From NCBI GenBank assembly GCA_009859145.1, contig VRVR01000003.1, positions 1-64,000 on the forward strand: DNA of 64,000 nucleotides, written 5' to 3'. Made by a program: the position numbers and the translations under genes. The notes beneath the pieces are model-generated. The model did no database searches. It saw nothing but the letters and a program-made list of their open reading frames with translations, and was not told where the DNA came from. Positions 19,856-34,600 of the stretch are shown here, in pieces (the first letter of the stretch is position 1; each line of letters starts with the position of its first letter). This stretch comes from Andalucia godoyi And28 (taxonomy: Eukaryota > Protista > Jakobida).

Positions 19856-21370
19856 TTACGTGCCGCCAGCACAATGATTCTGCAATACCTTAGAGTTCTC
19901 GAGAAGCGATCGGAGCATCAGACAACTCAGGGTCCACAATTTGGGATGACCCATAATCTTTGGAGGATCTTGAATGATCAGTCGATCATGCCGAAACACC
20001 CACACGAATGGACAATCCGATTCAAACAGAGCAGGGTCAGCAACCGATTCTCGGTACTGCTCTCGCGTGAGCACATCGACAAGAAAAACACAACCTAGCA
20101 GTCTGGACGTTGGAAAATCAAGGCTGTCGACTGCTGAACTTCCTCGCAGCTCTCGGTACGTTGACAGAATAGCATCGACTTCGTAATTATCTGCCACGGA
20201 GGCCGTCGATGCAATCCACATCCAGCCGCGATATGCAGTCGACCACGATCGTCCCTCAACATACTTCACATCGTGAATCAACAACGACGCCCAAGGCTGA
20301 TGCATGGACAACACCATATTCTCTTCGTTGCGCTGCGCAACAATTTCCATTTCCAAAAGATCTGCAAACTCAAGGACCTTGGAGGAATCCGCAAGCAAAA
20401 GACTATTCTTGGTTGCACGCAAGCTCTCAGGGCTCCGTGGTTTCGGCAAGGAAGTCTGCGGCTGATAGAACGACGAAGCGCCTCCTGCGCTGCGCTCGGA
20501 CTGCTGTTGCTGATCTATCTCCTCAAATGCATCTTCTGAGCGGCAATCCGTTGACAGGAACCCGGAAGTAAGATCAATGTTGATGAAGCGAAAATTCCGC
20601 GCCAATTCCTTCTCGTGATCCAAGTGTTCCTGCTCAATCTTCTTTGCCTTCTTCTCTTCTGCAGTCTTCCACGACGATGCTTGCACAGAAAAGTAATCGC
20701 TTTCGTCGTCCACAACGCGGGAGTTCGACTTTGGGTCTGTTTCGTTCGAAAGAAGGACATTACGCCTTCGAAGCGCGTCGGCAAATGCCAAGTTCAAATG
20801 CAGGTCTTCAGGGATGTGATCGTGTGCCGTGACTTCCTCTCCGCAGAAAAAGCAAGGACCGAGCTTTTCTCGAGCACAGACAATGCGACCACAATTTCGA
20901 CACGAACCAAGGAAATCATGTCGCCGCCCCTGACAATCGCATTCTTCGCGATCGCGGTTCTGCAGGTCAATGTCAAACGGATTCCACGACAACAAGCTGT
21001 GCTTCTTCTCTGGCCTTCGCTTGCCGGTCTTCATTGCAGACGGTGTAATCTGCCCTTGGTTTCGGTATAAATGCTGCAGTGAAACCTTGACCTTGGCAGT
21101 CGACCGGCGGTTCCTTGCTAGACCATCCGGAAAGAGCTTCTGCAGCAGTGCCTTCCGCAAGTGATCGACTTGGTCTTTTGGGCCTCTAATGAGCTCGCAA
21201 AACGCCTCTACATCCGCATCGGAAACATCTTCCGACACAAATTCCTCGGTCAGCGACAGTGCCTCATCGACAGAATAGGAAAACGTGAACACCAGCACAT
21301 CCGTCAACCACTTCTGAAACGGTCCGCAGTGCACTCTTCCCTCTTCATTCCCCCCTTCTTTGGCATCCAT
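19856..21370 (-). CDS. TRIP4: Activating signal cointegrator 1 (C2HC5 zinc finger plus ASCH domain)
   Basis: CDCQGRRH...CRNCGRIVC...PCFFCG and LSMHQPWASLL...VEGRSW. Confidence 0.92.
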   Translation of the reverse strand: MDAKEGGNEEGRVHCGPFQKWLTDVLVFTFSYSVDEALSLTEEFVSEDVSDADVEAFCELIRGPKDQVDHLRKALLQKLFPDGLARNRRSTAKVKVSLQHLYRNQGQITPSAMKTGKRRPEKKHSLLSWNPFDIDLQNRDREECDCQGRRHDFLGSCRNCGRIVCAREKLGPCFFCGEEVTAHDHIPEDLHLNLAFADALRRRNVLLSNETDPKSNSRVVDDESDYFSVQASSWKTAEEKKAKKIEQEHLDHEKELARNFRFINIDLTSGFLSTDCRSEDAFEEIDQQQQSERSAGGASSFYQPQTSLPKPRSPESLRATKNSLLLADSSKVLEFADLLEMEIVAQRNEENMVLSMHQPWASLLIHDVKYVEGRSWSTAYRGWMWIASTASVADNYEVDAILSTYRELRGSSAVDSLDFPTSRLLGCVFLVDVLTREQYRESVADPALFESDCPFVWVFRHDRLIIQDPPKIMGHPKLWTLSCLMLRSLLENSKVLQNHCAGGT

Positions 21371-21712
21371 TTGCGTCTATAATTTATCCTGCTGTTGCTC
21401 GTTCCCTCCGAATTCCAAAGTCCACAGTTTGGCAAGTCGGTTTTTCTTTCTTTTCTTTCTTCTTTTTTATTATTTTTAAATTATATAGATTTATTTACCT
21501 TTATTATTTTGAAATTTTGAAACTTTTGAAATGGAGGACAGCCTCTACTGCGCCACTGTAAAAAATATATAGAACAGGCCCTTTCCTTCACGGATTTTGA
21601 ACTTCCTTTAAAGCCGTCTGGGATTCAAGTTTGGGCTTTTCTCTCGTTTGTCGATTGTTTGTTCTCCGTTTTGTTTTTTTCCCGTGGGGTGGGCGTTTTG
21701 TAGGAGAGAAAA

Positions 21713-22444
21713 ATGACTCGCAGTCGATACTTCGTTACGGGAGCAAATCGAGGAATTGGGCTGGCGTTTGTCAAGCACTTACTTTCATTGCCGTCCACTG
21801 AGGTTGTTGTTGCAGGAGTGCGAAACCCGTCCAAGGAGCACTGCGCTGAACTGCATGATATGGCGGCTTCCGACGCAGCGACGAGATCCAAGCACAGGCT
21901 TCACATTCTTGAGCTTGATGTTTCGAACCCTTACTCCGTGCAAGCTTGCGCCGAGACGGTCTCCATGATAACGGATGGCATGGATGTGCTGGTCAACAAT
22001 GCGGGCATGCTGATCCATCGTGACACAGACACAACGAACATCTCGGATATGGTCAGGACGTTTGAGACAAACACGTGTGGCCCGTTGCTTGTTGCGCAGA
22101 CTCTGAAGCCGTTGTTAAAAAAGGGCCGTCAGCCGCTGGTGTGGAACATCTCTTCGGGACTGGGCTCCATCGGTGACAATTCCAGCGGTGGATATCTGGC
22201 GTATCGTGTTTCAAAGGCAGGGTTGAATATGGTTACCAAGACACTTAGTTTGGAGTGGAAAGACGACGGCATCGCAGTTGTCTCTGTGTGTCCTGGGTAC
22301 GTCAAGACTGACATGTCGCCGGATGGCAACGTCGCTCCGGAGGATACGGTCCGCGCTCAGACAAGCTTGTGGAAAGACATTGACAGCGTGTCCGAGATGA
22401 ACGGCAAGTTCTTCAACCGACACGGAAAACTCTTCGAGTGGTGA
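21713..22444 (+). CDS. Short-chain dehydrogenase/reductase, C-factor (CsgA)-like
   Basis: TGANRGIG, NNAG, SSGLGSI, YRVSK (YxxxK) and PGYVKTDM. Confidence 0.92.
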   Translation: MTRSRYFVTGANRGIGLAFVKHLLSLPSTEVVVAGVRNPSKEHCAELHDMAASDAATRSKHRLHILELDVSNPYSVQACAETVSMITDGMDVLVNNAGMLIHRDTDTTNISDMVRTFETNTCGPLLVAQTLKPLLKKGRQPLVWNISSGLGSIGDNSSGGYLAYRVSKAGLNMVTKTLSLEWKDDGIAVVSVCPGYVKTDMSPDGNVAPEDTVRAQTSLWKDIDSVSEMNGKFFNRHGKLFEW

Positions 22445-22646
22445 TGTCGCTCATAAACAGTGCAAATGTAGGAGCAGTTGTTGTTGTTGTATGTATGCAT
22501 GGTGTGATGAACTCATTTTTGTGGTTGTAATTACTGTTTTCTTCTTCTTTTAATTTCATTAAACAACAGGATGTGGTGGTTTTTCAGAGCATGAAATCAT
22601 CCATGCATGCATTCAGATTGGCATCTGACGACGAAACTCCAGAACA

Positions 22647-25600
22647 CTAAGCTGGTAAGCCACGAACGTAGAATACCCAAGGAGGACACTTGTCATTCGA
22701 TACCACAAGCTTTCCGACGACAGGGGCGGTTGCGGTGCCCGAAGGCTTGTACTGCACTGCAAAGGCAGCTGCTTTGCCAGCAGGCACCGTTTCGGTAGGC
22801 TTCACAATAAACGCCGGATTATCAATTGTCAAATTGAAAACCGCATTATCTTTGAAAACATTTGTGAACGGAATATTGACAGACTGGCCAGACTTCACGT
22901 CGAACGGCCCTTGCGGTCGCGGTGCTATGCACGCACCAGACAGCGTGAAGACATATTCTCCGCCTTGTGGATGAGATACGCGAAGAACGGCTTTGGAGGG
23001 TCCCAGAGATCGTGGGGTGAAGGAAACTGGAAGAGAAACTTCAATCCCGTCCTTACCAGAAGGAGAAGCCGCAGCCTTGACGGTCTTTGCAGCTTCAAAG
23101 TCCGACGGCTGCAGATCCACGTTGAAATCAATCGCATTCTTCGAGAAACTTGCAAACCGCACCGTTTGAGACAGCGTGGACCCGAGAGGAACTTCAAAAT
23201 GATAAGACTTCTCCAGAGGAGCTGGATGTGCCGTCAAGTGCATAGTGTACGGAAACGCTCCTAATTTGTCCGATTTCAACATCAGCGTCACATCCTTCTC
23301 ATTTCCCGCCAACAATGGCATGAAAATGAGAGAAAGCGCCGTCTCCTGCATCGACTTCGCAACGAGGGGACCCTCAACAAACACAGAGGCCGAAGAACAC
23401 GAAAGCGTCAGCGGGACATCCTCCGCCAATGGATTGTCAACGCGAAGTGCGTATGCGGACGGCTGACGGACATGTGTTTCCAGACGAATCTCTGAAATCG
23501 GTTTCGGCGGAGAATGCTGAATAGAGATGTTGAAGAAGCAATATTCCCGGGTCTCGTCGTTGATAAACGTAATCTTTCCAGAGGTGGTGGACTCAACAAA
23601 CGCATATATGGTCAATTTGAAATCGCGAGAAAGTCCCGCTGGAACGTCGATATAGTCCAGACACTTCACAGACGTAGCAGCGTGCTTATTCAGATCCATT
23701 ACCACACGGAAACGTTGCGGTGCCCGCAGCCAGTTCTTCACCGTGAGAGAGTGTACGTACTGGGATTTTGACGGAACAGTCACGGCCTGCGCTGCAGAAG
23801 CTTCTGCTACTGGCGCATTCGCTTCTCCCTCAAATGAAAACAGCAATGCGGATCCATCGGGACACGGAATGAACATACTTCCCTTATGCAGCGCGCCAGC
23901 TGAAGTCATGGAAAGTGGGTGATACACTACGTCAATCTGCATTTGTTGTCCGGCGGCCACGTTGACAACAGGAACATTAACTTTCCAGGCATCATTATCG
24001 ATGATCGGCCGCAGATTCCACTCCGTCTTTGAAGGATTCTTGATGGTAACCTTCTTCGAAACAGGCGTGCGAACAGCGGTTGAGAAGCGAATAGTTTCCG
24101 AAGCAGGAGGCTTGACAACACATGTGCCGGAACACGAAATAGGCAAGGGCTCCGAGAGGCCTTCGACGTAAACAGCAAACTTGGCTGATCGCTCTTCAGG
24201 GTGTGTCCCGGAAAGCGAAGACGGGCAGAAGACAACTTCCACGGTGCCATCCGCATGTGGAGCCACGAAACCGTCCACCGGAGAAAGAGAAAAGTCCGTG
24301 CCCGGGGATAACCGAGCGACTTTAAAAGCAACTCCGATGTCTCCCGAGTTCTCGATCATGATCTTTTGGATCGAAGACGACCGCTCCACAACCGGACCAA
24401 AAGACACAATGGACGGGTCGAGCTTGACTTCGAACCCTTGAGCCGTTCCTGACATTGAAAACAAAGGCAGGGTCTGCCCATTCATCGTTAGCGGAACCGC
24501 AAGGTTTTTGAAAGGCCGCACTCGAAGCTGAGGAGCAAAAACGACATTCAAGTACACAGACTGCGATGGTCTGCAAACGAACTGCGAAGGCTGCACGGTG
24601 ATGCCAAGCTCCCGCAACGCCTGCTCGTCAATTGCTATGGAAGCAGCAATCTTGGACTTGTTCGTGATCCCAACAGACCGCGAAGAAGAGTCGCCAACCC
24701 GGACAGAACCAAAAGAAACAGATTGATGAGCAGCATTCACCAGCTCCAGTCTGGGAACTGTGCCCTCTCCCTCGATTGTCAAATTGATTGTCGAAGCAGC
24801 CAATCCATTCACTTCGATTGGAACGACGTCTCTGTATTTCTTCGCTTCTCGAGGATAGAAAGATATCTGAATAACCTGTGATTGGCCGGGCTTCAGCACC
24901 GTGGGTGATGCTTTCACCTCAAGATGAGCAGAATTCTCGAACAGCACATCGAACGAGACATCCGTAGAATCGTCATTGTACACAACCAGATTTGTACTGG
25001 AGGGAGTCGCACCAGGATGATAGATGAAAGACGGTCCAAAGTCAAAGTAGTAGAACGAGAAGCGCAGCTGCGGGCGCGCAGCCCATCCGGAGAGCTCGAA
25101 CAAATAGGTCCTGCCATTTGTCACTTTGCACACTGATTTGAATCTATCCAAACGGACCTCGGCGGTTGGTGCAAACGCCACCGTCACCAGGGAAGTCTCT
25201 CCTTTTGGCACGGTTCCCATGGTCGGCGAAAACGACAAGTGTTTCGAGGAAGAAGAGGAGAAGTTGTAATCAAACGGATACCGACCACTGTTGACAATGC
25301 GCAAACGCTTTTCGACAGATTGTCCAACATAAATCCTGCCAAAATCAATTGAATTCACATTGGATACGCCACCAAACACTTCCACAGTCGTGCCATCCAC
25401 ATCAATCACATACAAACTGTCTTTCACCATGTATGCATCTCCCTTCACATTCAAATTCAGCGGAGTCGGCTTCTTCTTCACCACACACCTCAAGTTAATG
25501 TTATAGGACTGTTCTACGTCGGGAGCGAACGTCAGTTCGACTGGAGTCTGGCCTTCCGCAGGCACCGTTCCGGACAGCGGAGATACACGAACAATCTGGT

Positions 25601-28600
25601 TGGAATCACTCGTGGAATCCAAGTTTTCAAAAGAGAATGCAAATGGGAGATGCTCCCGATTGACAAGCTGCACAATCTCTGTCGCGCGCCGGCCAACCAG
25701 CAATGGCCGGAACAACACGTGCCCCTTTTCGAATAAAACATCGGGCTCTGCAGCCCGACCGACAACCATCAGCGGAATGGCAATGCTGTGGGACTTGATT
25801 TCGAAAGACCAGAATGCTTCGGAGACGGAGAGAGAATCTGGAATGAATTCGAAAACAAGTTCGAACTTCTTCCCCGAGTGGATTGTGCCGTATTGTGTCA
25901 AGCAGCGGACGCCGGGAGCACGAGCATTTGCAACGCCTGGGACAAGAACAAAGTCATACGAAAGATTCGTCGGATTCAGGACATAAAATCGTCTAACATT
26001 TCGAACCTTCACGCCTCGGGATTCGATTTCGAGGACGCGCGTTTCTGGATTGAGCGGACCTACGACGCCATCCGGACCGGGCAAGCCAGGAAGACGCTTC
26101 GTAGAAATATAATCCGTAGAAAACTGAGTTTCGAAATGAACGATAGGACATTCCGGAACACCTACTAAATGAACACTGCGGCATCCTTCAGAAGCACGAT
26201 CCAGGCCAACGATCGAAATAGAAACATCGGCAGTGTGCGGCAGCATATCTTGGGGTTTGTAGGAGACGGCCAGCTCCAACGACTGGTCAGGGTCAACAGA
26301 GAATTGCGCTGGGGAAACGGAGAATGTGGACAAATCCGTGTCCGGATCCGAGAAGGTTACGGAAGTTGTTCCAGAAAACGGAATCTTCGACGTGTTGCGA
26401 ATGCGAAGTTTGTGCATGCGCGAAGAGAACAAGAACGTTGACCGGAAAACAATGTCAGAGAGATCAACATCGCAGGAGACGACATCTGCCGTTCCTTCCA
26501 TTGGCAGCAAAACATCCTGAGAGGAAGTATCAATATTTTCAAACTTCGGTTCCGGAATGGGTTGGACGAATTTCACAGTCTTCCCGCTGCTGTCACGATC
26601 CCAGGAAACAGAAACCTTTCGGTCGTCCCAGTCATTCACGTCCTCATCGTCTTCTCCGTCTTCTTGTGAACCGTGAGGATTGACCACAATTCGGATCCGT
26701 TTAAAACTGACTTTCAGAGATGCTTGGAGCGCAGCGAGCGACACGCTTGCATTGGGTGACCAGGTGAGAACGACAGATTTCGACGACCTTCCTAGAAGGT
26801 GCCCAATGCTCGGTGTCATTTTAACTCCCTCTGCCTTCAGAACACATGCTTCGAAACGGACAACATCCGCGGACAAGTTTCGAACAAGGAAATCGATCTT
26901 CTTCGGGCAGCCAACAGGACACTCACCCAGAGAAACCGCGTCGGAACGATCGTCAGGCAGATTTTCAATCACAAGGTTTTGCAAATAGCAAACGGCCTTC
27001 AACTTGATAACATTGTCCTCAAACGTATTCTTCGAAACCTGGAGCTTCAAGGCACCCTCAAACGACCCTTCAGTGGAAGAAGCAAAGACAACATCAAGCG
27101 ATCGCGATTCAGACGGGCTCAGCTGGAATGAAGAACCACCCGCCAGTTCATACCCACTACCAGACAAAAGAGCTTGAACGTGTGCCACAACGGATCCATG
27201 GTTTCGCACACGAATGGACTGCTTCATCGTCTTGGACGCAACAACCCGACCGAAATCCAAAACATACCCGGTGCCGCTCTTTGGCTCGGGCTTCTCGATT
27301 GAGATATGCGGAAGCGTTGCATCACCGCGCATCTCAAACTTCAGGTCCGACGCACTACCGTTTCCCTTGGGAACGGCTTTGAACGTCGCGGAGAACGCCC
27401 CAAGCTTCGAAGGTTTGAAGGAAACTGCAACGTATCGAGACTCGTGTGAGGGAATCGTCAGGTACGTAGAATCGCAGAAGAAAGTGTCCTTGGAAACATC
27501 AGAAGACGGTATAATCTCGATGTTCACATCCACAGGAACTTTCTGGGGATTTGCAATCTTGAAGCGCTCCGATGCATCCTCTCCGACAAGGAATGTCCCA
27601 AACGAAAACACCCTCAGCTGAGAAACGAACACGCTCTTAAGTTCATTCAGCGATTCAGCGCCATGGACAACTTGCTGCTCTTCAAAAATAGATACGAGAT
27701 CTGTGGTGTTGATTCCAGGGATGCACGACTCTGCCTCAAGCATATACGGGAGACCTTGCGGAAACGCATTTGGATCCCGATCACGAACATGCAGATACAC
27801 CTGCCTCGAAAACGCACCCGGTTCTCGAGAAGCAAACGTGACACTGATCGCCTCTGTTGCACCAGGAGCCAGACTACCCAGGGCAGGAGCGACCGAAAAG
27901 GGTCCGATCGATAAAGACTGTCCTCCGGCAGGCGCACTGGCCTTCTTGGAATCCTTTACGTTCGACACCGCAGGTACTTGTGCACTGAAATCAAACGTTG
28001 GGTTTTCGGAAACTGCAAAATCAAACGAAAAATGACCATCGTTCCGAATGTCCAGCTTGCGGACCTTCGAAGAGTCAAACAGAATCGGTCCAAAATTGAG
28101 ACCGAACGGAGGAGATATCGTAAACTTGCTGAACACGGCACGTGAAGACACCGCAAGCGTGAATTTACCGACATGCTCTTTCGTGCCGGGATCCGAATAT
28201 TCGCAATGAATGTCACGCATATTCGTGAATGTCTGTTCGTTGTCCGCCTTGAAAATCACACGAATAGGAACCTTTTCTTTCCCTCCTGCCTTCAAAATAC
28301 CTGTCAGCGGCTCAATGCGAACAACATTCTGAAGCGAGCGCTTGGAAAACGAAAATTTGAATTCGACTTCGTACTTGGTGTTCTTGTTCGACAGGGACAT
28401 CTTTTGTTCATACTCTTGCCCGACCTTCACCACACCAAAATCAAAGATGCCTTCCTTTGGAATCTCGCACTCCACATCAACATCATACGTTTCCGCCTTC
28501 ACAAGAATCTCCTTCTTTGAGACCTCCTTGCTGCTCGCGACATCCGCATACTGATCATACACATAGATCTCTACCTTTCCAGAGATCAAACGCGGTTCCT

Positions 28601-31600
28601 TTCCAAGAAAACTGACACTTACCGAGGCGGCTCCAGAAGGAGGGATGGACCCCTGCATAGGAGAGAATGAGACGCAGCTGGAAACCACATCATTGACGAC
28701 CAGCTTCCACTTGGAAGGCAGCAGAGATCGATTAGAAATGACGAATTCCTTGCGATCCGGAGTCCCCTTCAGCAGCCTTCCGAAATCCAGTTCGCTGCAG
28801 GAGAGATCAACCTCCGGAGAACTGCCAGTGCAGCAGAATCGAACACTCGTTGGCTCTGGGTTGTTCTCGATCGTCAGAAACAAGACATCCTCGCACCTGC
28901 CAATCTGCTTTGGCTGCGCTGAAACCACGAGCTCTTTTGTCTCTTCAGCTTGGAGTTCCGCGCTGTTCCAGGAAACCTGGAAGCTCGATGTCTGTTGCGA
29001 CAGCATTGCCACCTTACATATCTGTGCAGAGCTTTGCTTGTTTGACACTCGAAGTCGTGATTGGAACAACGACGCATCCGCTGAAGTAAGCCCATCTAGT
29101 TTTCGATTCGTCAGCAACGGCCCGAAATCGAACGTATTATCAACGAGATTGTATGCTTGCAGTGCCTTGGGATCCTCCAAGGATTTGGGCTTCACGACCT
29201 TGTAGAACATGTTGCGCGGTTCATCATTAATGCGAGGATAGTCACACGAACCACTACAAGACACACCAAACTCAGCATTCCAGCCAACAATCATAAACGA
29301 CAACACGCACGAGAAAGCGCTGGGCGTCTTGGGAGAGAAGGCAACTTCAATAGTCACGGAATTCTTTGCGTCAATGATCCATCTGCGACTTCGCTTCCCA
29401 TCAAGCAACGGAGAAAACACATTAGACGCCTCGTAGTGAATTCCTGACTGATTCTGAATCGAAAAACAGCTTGCTTGCGGAGACTGCGTTCGCAAATGTT
29501 CCGGACGGCAAACCATGGACATTGTAGGAGAAGGAACCGGATCTGACGCGTCCTTCGACATTTCATCACTCAACTTCAATGCAGACATTGTCTCCGACAA
29601 TGCATCATCCAATGGCGCCGCTCCATTCACATGCACATGCGACGCAAGGACCTGCTGAGATTCTGGCGATTCAAGATACTGGCAAAATTCCCTGTACTGT
29701 TCATCGAATTGCGAGAAAGTTACAAAGTCTGCGCCATACTTTTCCGCTGGATGAACCACTTTGGGTGGAGGAGGCGGTGGAGCAACCACTGATTCCTCTT
29801 TCTTTCCTTTCGCAGCCTTTTTGGCCGCCGCAGGATCCACAACGGGCGAAGCAGGTCGTGGAGGAGGTTCAGACCACACTTCATCCGCTTCTGAGTGCAG
29901 CCGTACTTCAAAGGCTTCCTTCTCAGACCGCAGCCTCTTGATTTGCATCTTCAAATTCTTCATCGTGGAGACTGCCAAATCATATGCCGTCTTCTGGTCT
30001 GTGCTCATCACGTCATAAGCGTCATCAGAAACAAACTGAACGGTCTGCGATTTCAACTGAGCCTCCGCACGGGCCAGGTTTTGCTCCAATACTCGAAGCA
30101 CCCCTTTTCTGACATTCACGCCGTCAATCGACAACACATTGAGCTTCGCGTTTTCCTTGACGCTAAAGCCGACAATTCCTTGAATCAGAGAAACACAGGA
30201 TATCTGGTATTTTGTGAAAATTCCATCGATGATCATGCCACTAGAGAAGGAGTTTGCAGAGATGAACGACGATAAACAAGATGACAACAGCTCCGGTGAG
30301 AATTGAGAGGTCGATTCTCGATCCGCCGACGAAAGCAACGACTTCAACTCTTCCTGGAAATCGGAGGGAGTGGCCAATGCGGCATCCAAGATCTCGTCCA
30401 TCGTGGCTACTGGTAACGAAGTGCAGCTTGCAATTCTCGAAGAAAGGACTGTTTTTCCAGACAAGCGCGGACCGTGGATGGCGTACACTGTAAAATCGGG
30501 AGCACTCGATCCATCGCTCTTGGTGAGAGGATCAGAAGACTGGTTCGTGAATTGTCGAACTAGATTCTCATCCAATGACTGCCCAGGTGCTCGCTCCGGA
30601 AGTAACTGATACGCGGATGGTTCCGCAAACAACATGGCTCGCAAAGCATCGTCCTCGACAAGATGTTGGTCATCAAAATTGCGAGAGAACACCTCCAGGG
30701 GAACGTCAAGAGGATTTGACATTGTAAACGACCTCACAGACGAGGCATACGGCAGCACAGACCCAAACGGCAGAAGCTCTGTAGAGAGATGCACCCGCGG
30801 AGGACACCCGGATCCACGACAGATTATAGATGTCGTGGCATTCGCAGACGGGTCATTGCCGTAAACGGACACCGGAACCTTCACAACGTACGCGCGTTCC
30901 TCTGTCGGCATGAACCGAAACTCGATGTCTACATGGCCCAGTGGGGCGACTTCTCCTTTGACGGGAACCACGTCAAAGACGCTTCCAAATGGAGGCTCAA
31001 TCCGCTTCAAGCTCCAGTGCAGTGGCAGCGGTTGACTGTTCGAAAAACGAACAACAACAGTCTTGCAACGGCCCCCCAGGACGGAACCAAAGTCTATCTT
31101 GTCAGTTGAAAACTCCATCCGCGGTTCGACGACGTTGACGGCGAGATCGATCATCACAGACAGACCAGAGCGGATGCGAAATGGAATGGACAATTTGTTC
31201 ATACCGGTCAGAAGCACCTTTGAATTCAACGACACCGTGAAATCTTGGTATTCATTGGGAGGCAGCTTGGCGACCTTCTCAGGTTCCAGCAGGAATCCGG
31301 AATTTGCGAACAATTTTCTGTCATAACTCAAGGACACTGCCGAGTTTCCAGAATTCCACAGTCGAAACCCAACCGATGCCGAGCCACCTCGGAAAACGTG
31401 TCCAAAATCGACTGTATATCGTGCCATATTCACTGCGCTGATGATTCCAATTTGCGCAAGAGAAATCTCATGCAAAATCTGAGCATTTTCTGTCATCTCC
31501 TGTGCCGAATGGACACCATACTTCTGCACGCACTTCGCTTCAAACTCGTGAAGAAGCGCGGATAGTTTCTGCGTAACTATGCGCAATTCTGCTTCGGACT

Positions 31601-34600
31601 CCACCTCGAAGTTACGGGACGGCATCATGAACATGGCGGATCCAGACATTGGCGCCCCTGTAGCGGTGCGCGGGATATCACGACCAAATCGGGTGGGGAT
31701 AGTTTCCTGAATGGCAGATACGCATTCCGCGAATTCCGGAGTCGTTATACGGGGGGCAGAAAGAGACACCCTGCAGCAAGTGCCAGATCCTTTCACGATG
31801 ATGGGCACGGGGTCAAGATGCGCGACACGCAGCAAAATCGTCTCTTCGAGACCAAGCGGCAGCCCTGCAGTAAACCTGCAATTCACTCGTGTCTTCTCGC
31901 CAGGACTGATTCGACCTGACAGGGCAGACAAGTCAATCACACCGACTCGCGAGCAAAGAGACAGATCAAACGAATACGGGAACGCAACCTTTCCCGTGTT
32001 GAATATCATGATGTCCTTTTCTTCCGTGCGATTAAAAACAACTTCTCCGAAATCAAGCGTATTCTTTTCCAATCTGAACGATATAACGGAGGCCTCTCCT
32101 GACAAGGGGAAGTCATAAACTGGACCGTCATCGACAGAGCACAGTGCTGTGGCAGACACCCCAGCAGCATCCGTTCCGGAGAAAACGAAATCGACAGATT
32201 CGGACATTCCAGGTTTGAGATACCCTCGAATCGGCAAAATGTCCAGTGCGCCGGAGGGCAGCGGTGGCGAGCCATCAGGTACTTCAATCGTCCATGAAAA
32301 TCTGGCATCGATATTTCCGCTGTTGGTGATTAGCACCGGAATCTTTCGGTCCGTGTCCTGCAATACACAACCAAACCGAATCTCACGCTTATCAAACTGC
32401 AAATTCGGAAATGTCAAGCTTGCAAACAGGCTGATAAACTCCTTCGATGGATGTCCTTGAAACGTGACTACAAGACGAGACTCGATATCGTGTGAAGCCA
32501 AGTCTCTTCTGTACAACGGATCGCACCGTATTTCCACAGAAAACGACTCCCCAACCCCAACATCAAAGGACGACGGGGAAACCGAAAAGGGGACAGGAGC
32601 TTCGATGAAGCAACGGACGGGCAAGACAGTCACATTCTTCGCAGTCACAACAGCCGATAGCACAGACTCTCGGTGTTCGCATTTGTGGAAATATGAAAAC
32701 TGTGCAGATGGAGAAGAAAATTGCAGCACCGGGACCACAAAATTTGAAACAACCCGAACTTCCGACACTGGCCTCCATCTTCGATCTGCTTCAACCTTGA
32801 TTGGAATGATCTCCTCCACAGCCCCGCTCTTCTTGGATAATCCTACGACGCCAACATTCACGAACTGACCTGGAGGAACGGTCAAGAACTCTGGTTCCAT
32901 TCGGAACAACCGGGCTGAAGAATCGCTCTTGGTCTTCTCCGGTGCAAAGGAAACATTTTGCGCCTTTCTTCCTCGGTTTTCAAGGACGAATGTGTGGCAC
33001 AAGGACTTATTCGTGAACTGAGGACCGAAATTGATTTTGTTTTCTGGTAAATTCGTGACAAGGCACGAACCGTGGCCAACAGCCGCAAGCCGAACGTGCA
33101 ACGAATCAGAAAATTCAAAATCAATCACTAACTCATCGCGAAATGCCATCGATTCATCGGGAACAACGAACGCGTGCAGAATGAACGTCCCATGCGCGGG
33201 TACGACACCCCTGGTAACATCCACGCGAAACGGTGATCCACTGTTCTTGACAGCGCAAGAAAATTGCGCATCGACGGGACTGCGATTAACCAGAGACACG
33301 GGTTTTGAGTGTTCCTGTAAAACGGCAACCTTTCCAAAGTCTATAGAAGATGATGACGACTCGATAATAGGACCTCGGACATTCATACGAATCATAACAC
33401 TCTTGGCGGATTCTTCCGCTCCGGGAACACTAAAATAAATTGGTACTTGAACATCGCCAAGAATACGAGGTATAAACTGGATATTCGCATCGTAACAACC
33501 ATGCGCTGGCACAATCCCGCTTAACTGCGGGACAACAAGATTCAACAGGGGTTTTTCAGGGTCCATTCGCGGTACACTCATCTCATACTTGGCTGAAAGA
33601 TGGCTTTCATTCATAATGCTTACAACGTACGAGTATGTGTGATTGATAAAGCATTCTGGAACGTGAATAACGTCACGAGACAACGAAATGGGAGGCACGA
33701 CACATTTTGCTAGAATGGGAAGAACATGAACCTCCTTACCTACACCATCGATATCCATCACAAGGGATATGTCGTACGATTTCTTCTGACACGGGATGAA
33801 GTCCAATTGCACATCCCCGCAGGTATGCGGCTCCAACGTTAACGATGGAGGTAGGATATCAAATTCACGCTTGATTTGCAGCAGATCAGAAGGAATACGG
33901 AACGACACCTTCATCGACACATCCGACGTATTTGACAATGTAATCCGTTTGGAGACAAGGAAAGACAGGGAAACCTCTCCAAAATCAATGGAATTGCAAT
34001 CAAAATCGAAACTTGGACCGACGCAGACACCGTCTACATGAATTACCAAAGGGTCGGCCCGACCTTCGATCTTCCAATCAAAGGATTCTGAAAACTCACC
34101 AAGAACATCCGAATTGAAAGTGACTCCAATGGTCTGTGACTCGCCACCAGCAACAACACCAGAGTCCGGACAAAATCGGAACTTCGAGCCGTACAAGCTT
34201 CGGTTGGGAACCAATTGGAAACGAGCGTCTATGTTGCCCGGATTCTCAAGAATAAAATCGAATTTGTAAGGCTTCGAAATAAATAACTCTCCGACATCTA
34301 ATGAATCATATGTAAAGTTCGCTTTCGGTCCGACTCCGAGACCGGATAGCTGTAGAGGAATTCGACCGGGCCGCCCGCCGACACAAAGAAACGCAAATCG
34401 CGTGTATGATGCAGCAGACTTTGGATGGAACTGGACTTCAACGTCAAATGACGTACCCGGCCACAGTTCTCCGTGATCTGGGACGATGGAAAACAGATCG
34501 TCGTCGAACAAATCCCTCACGAACGGGTTTGCGGCTCCGACAGCCGGAAACTCCGCCAAAGAATTTTGCTCGATGGACAATATATCGCTTCGAAGGGCAT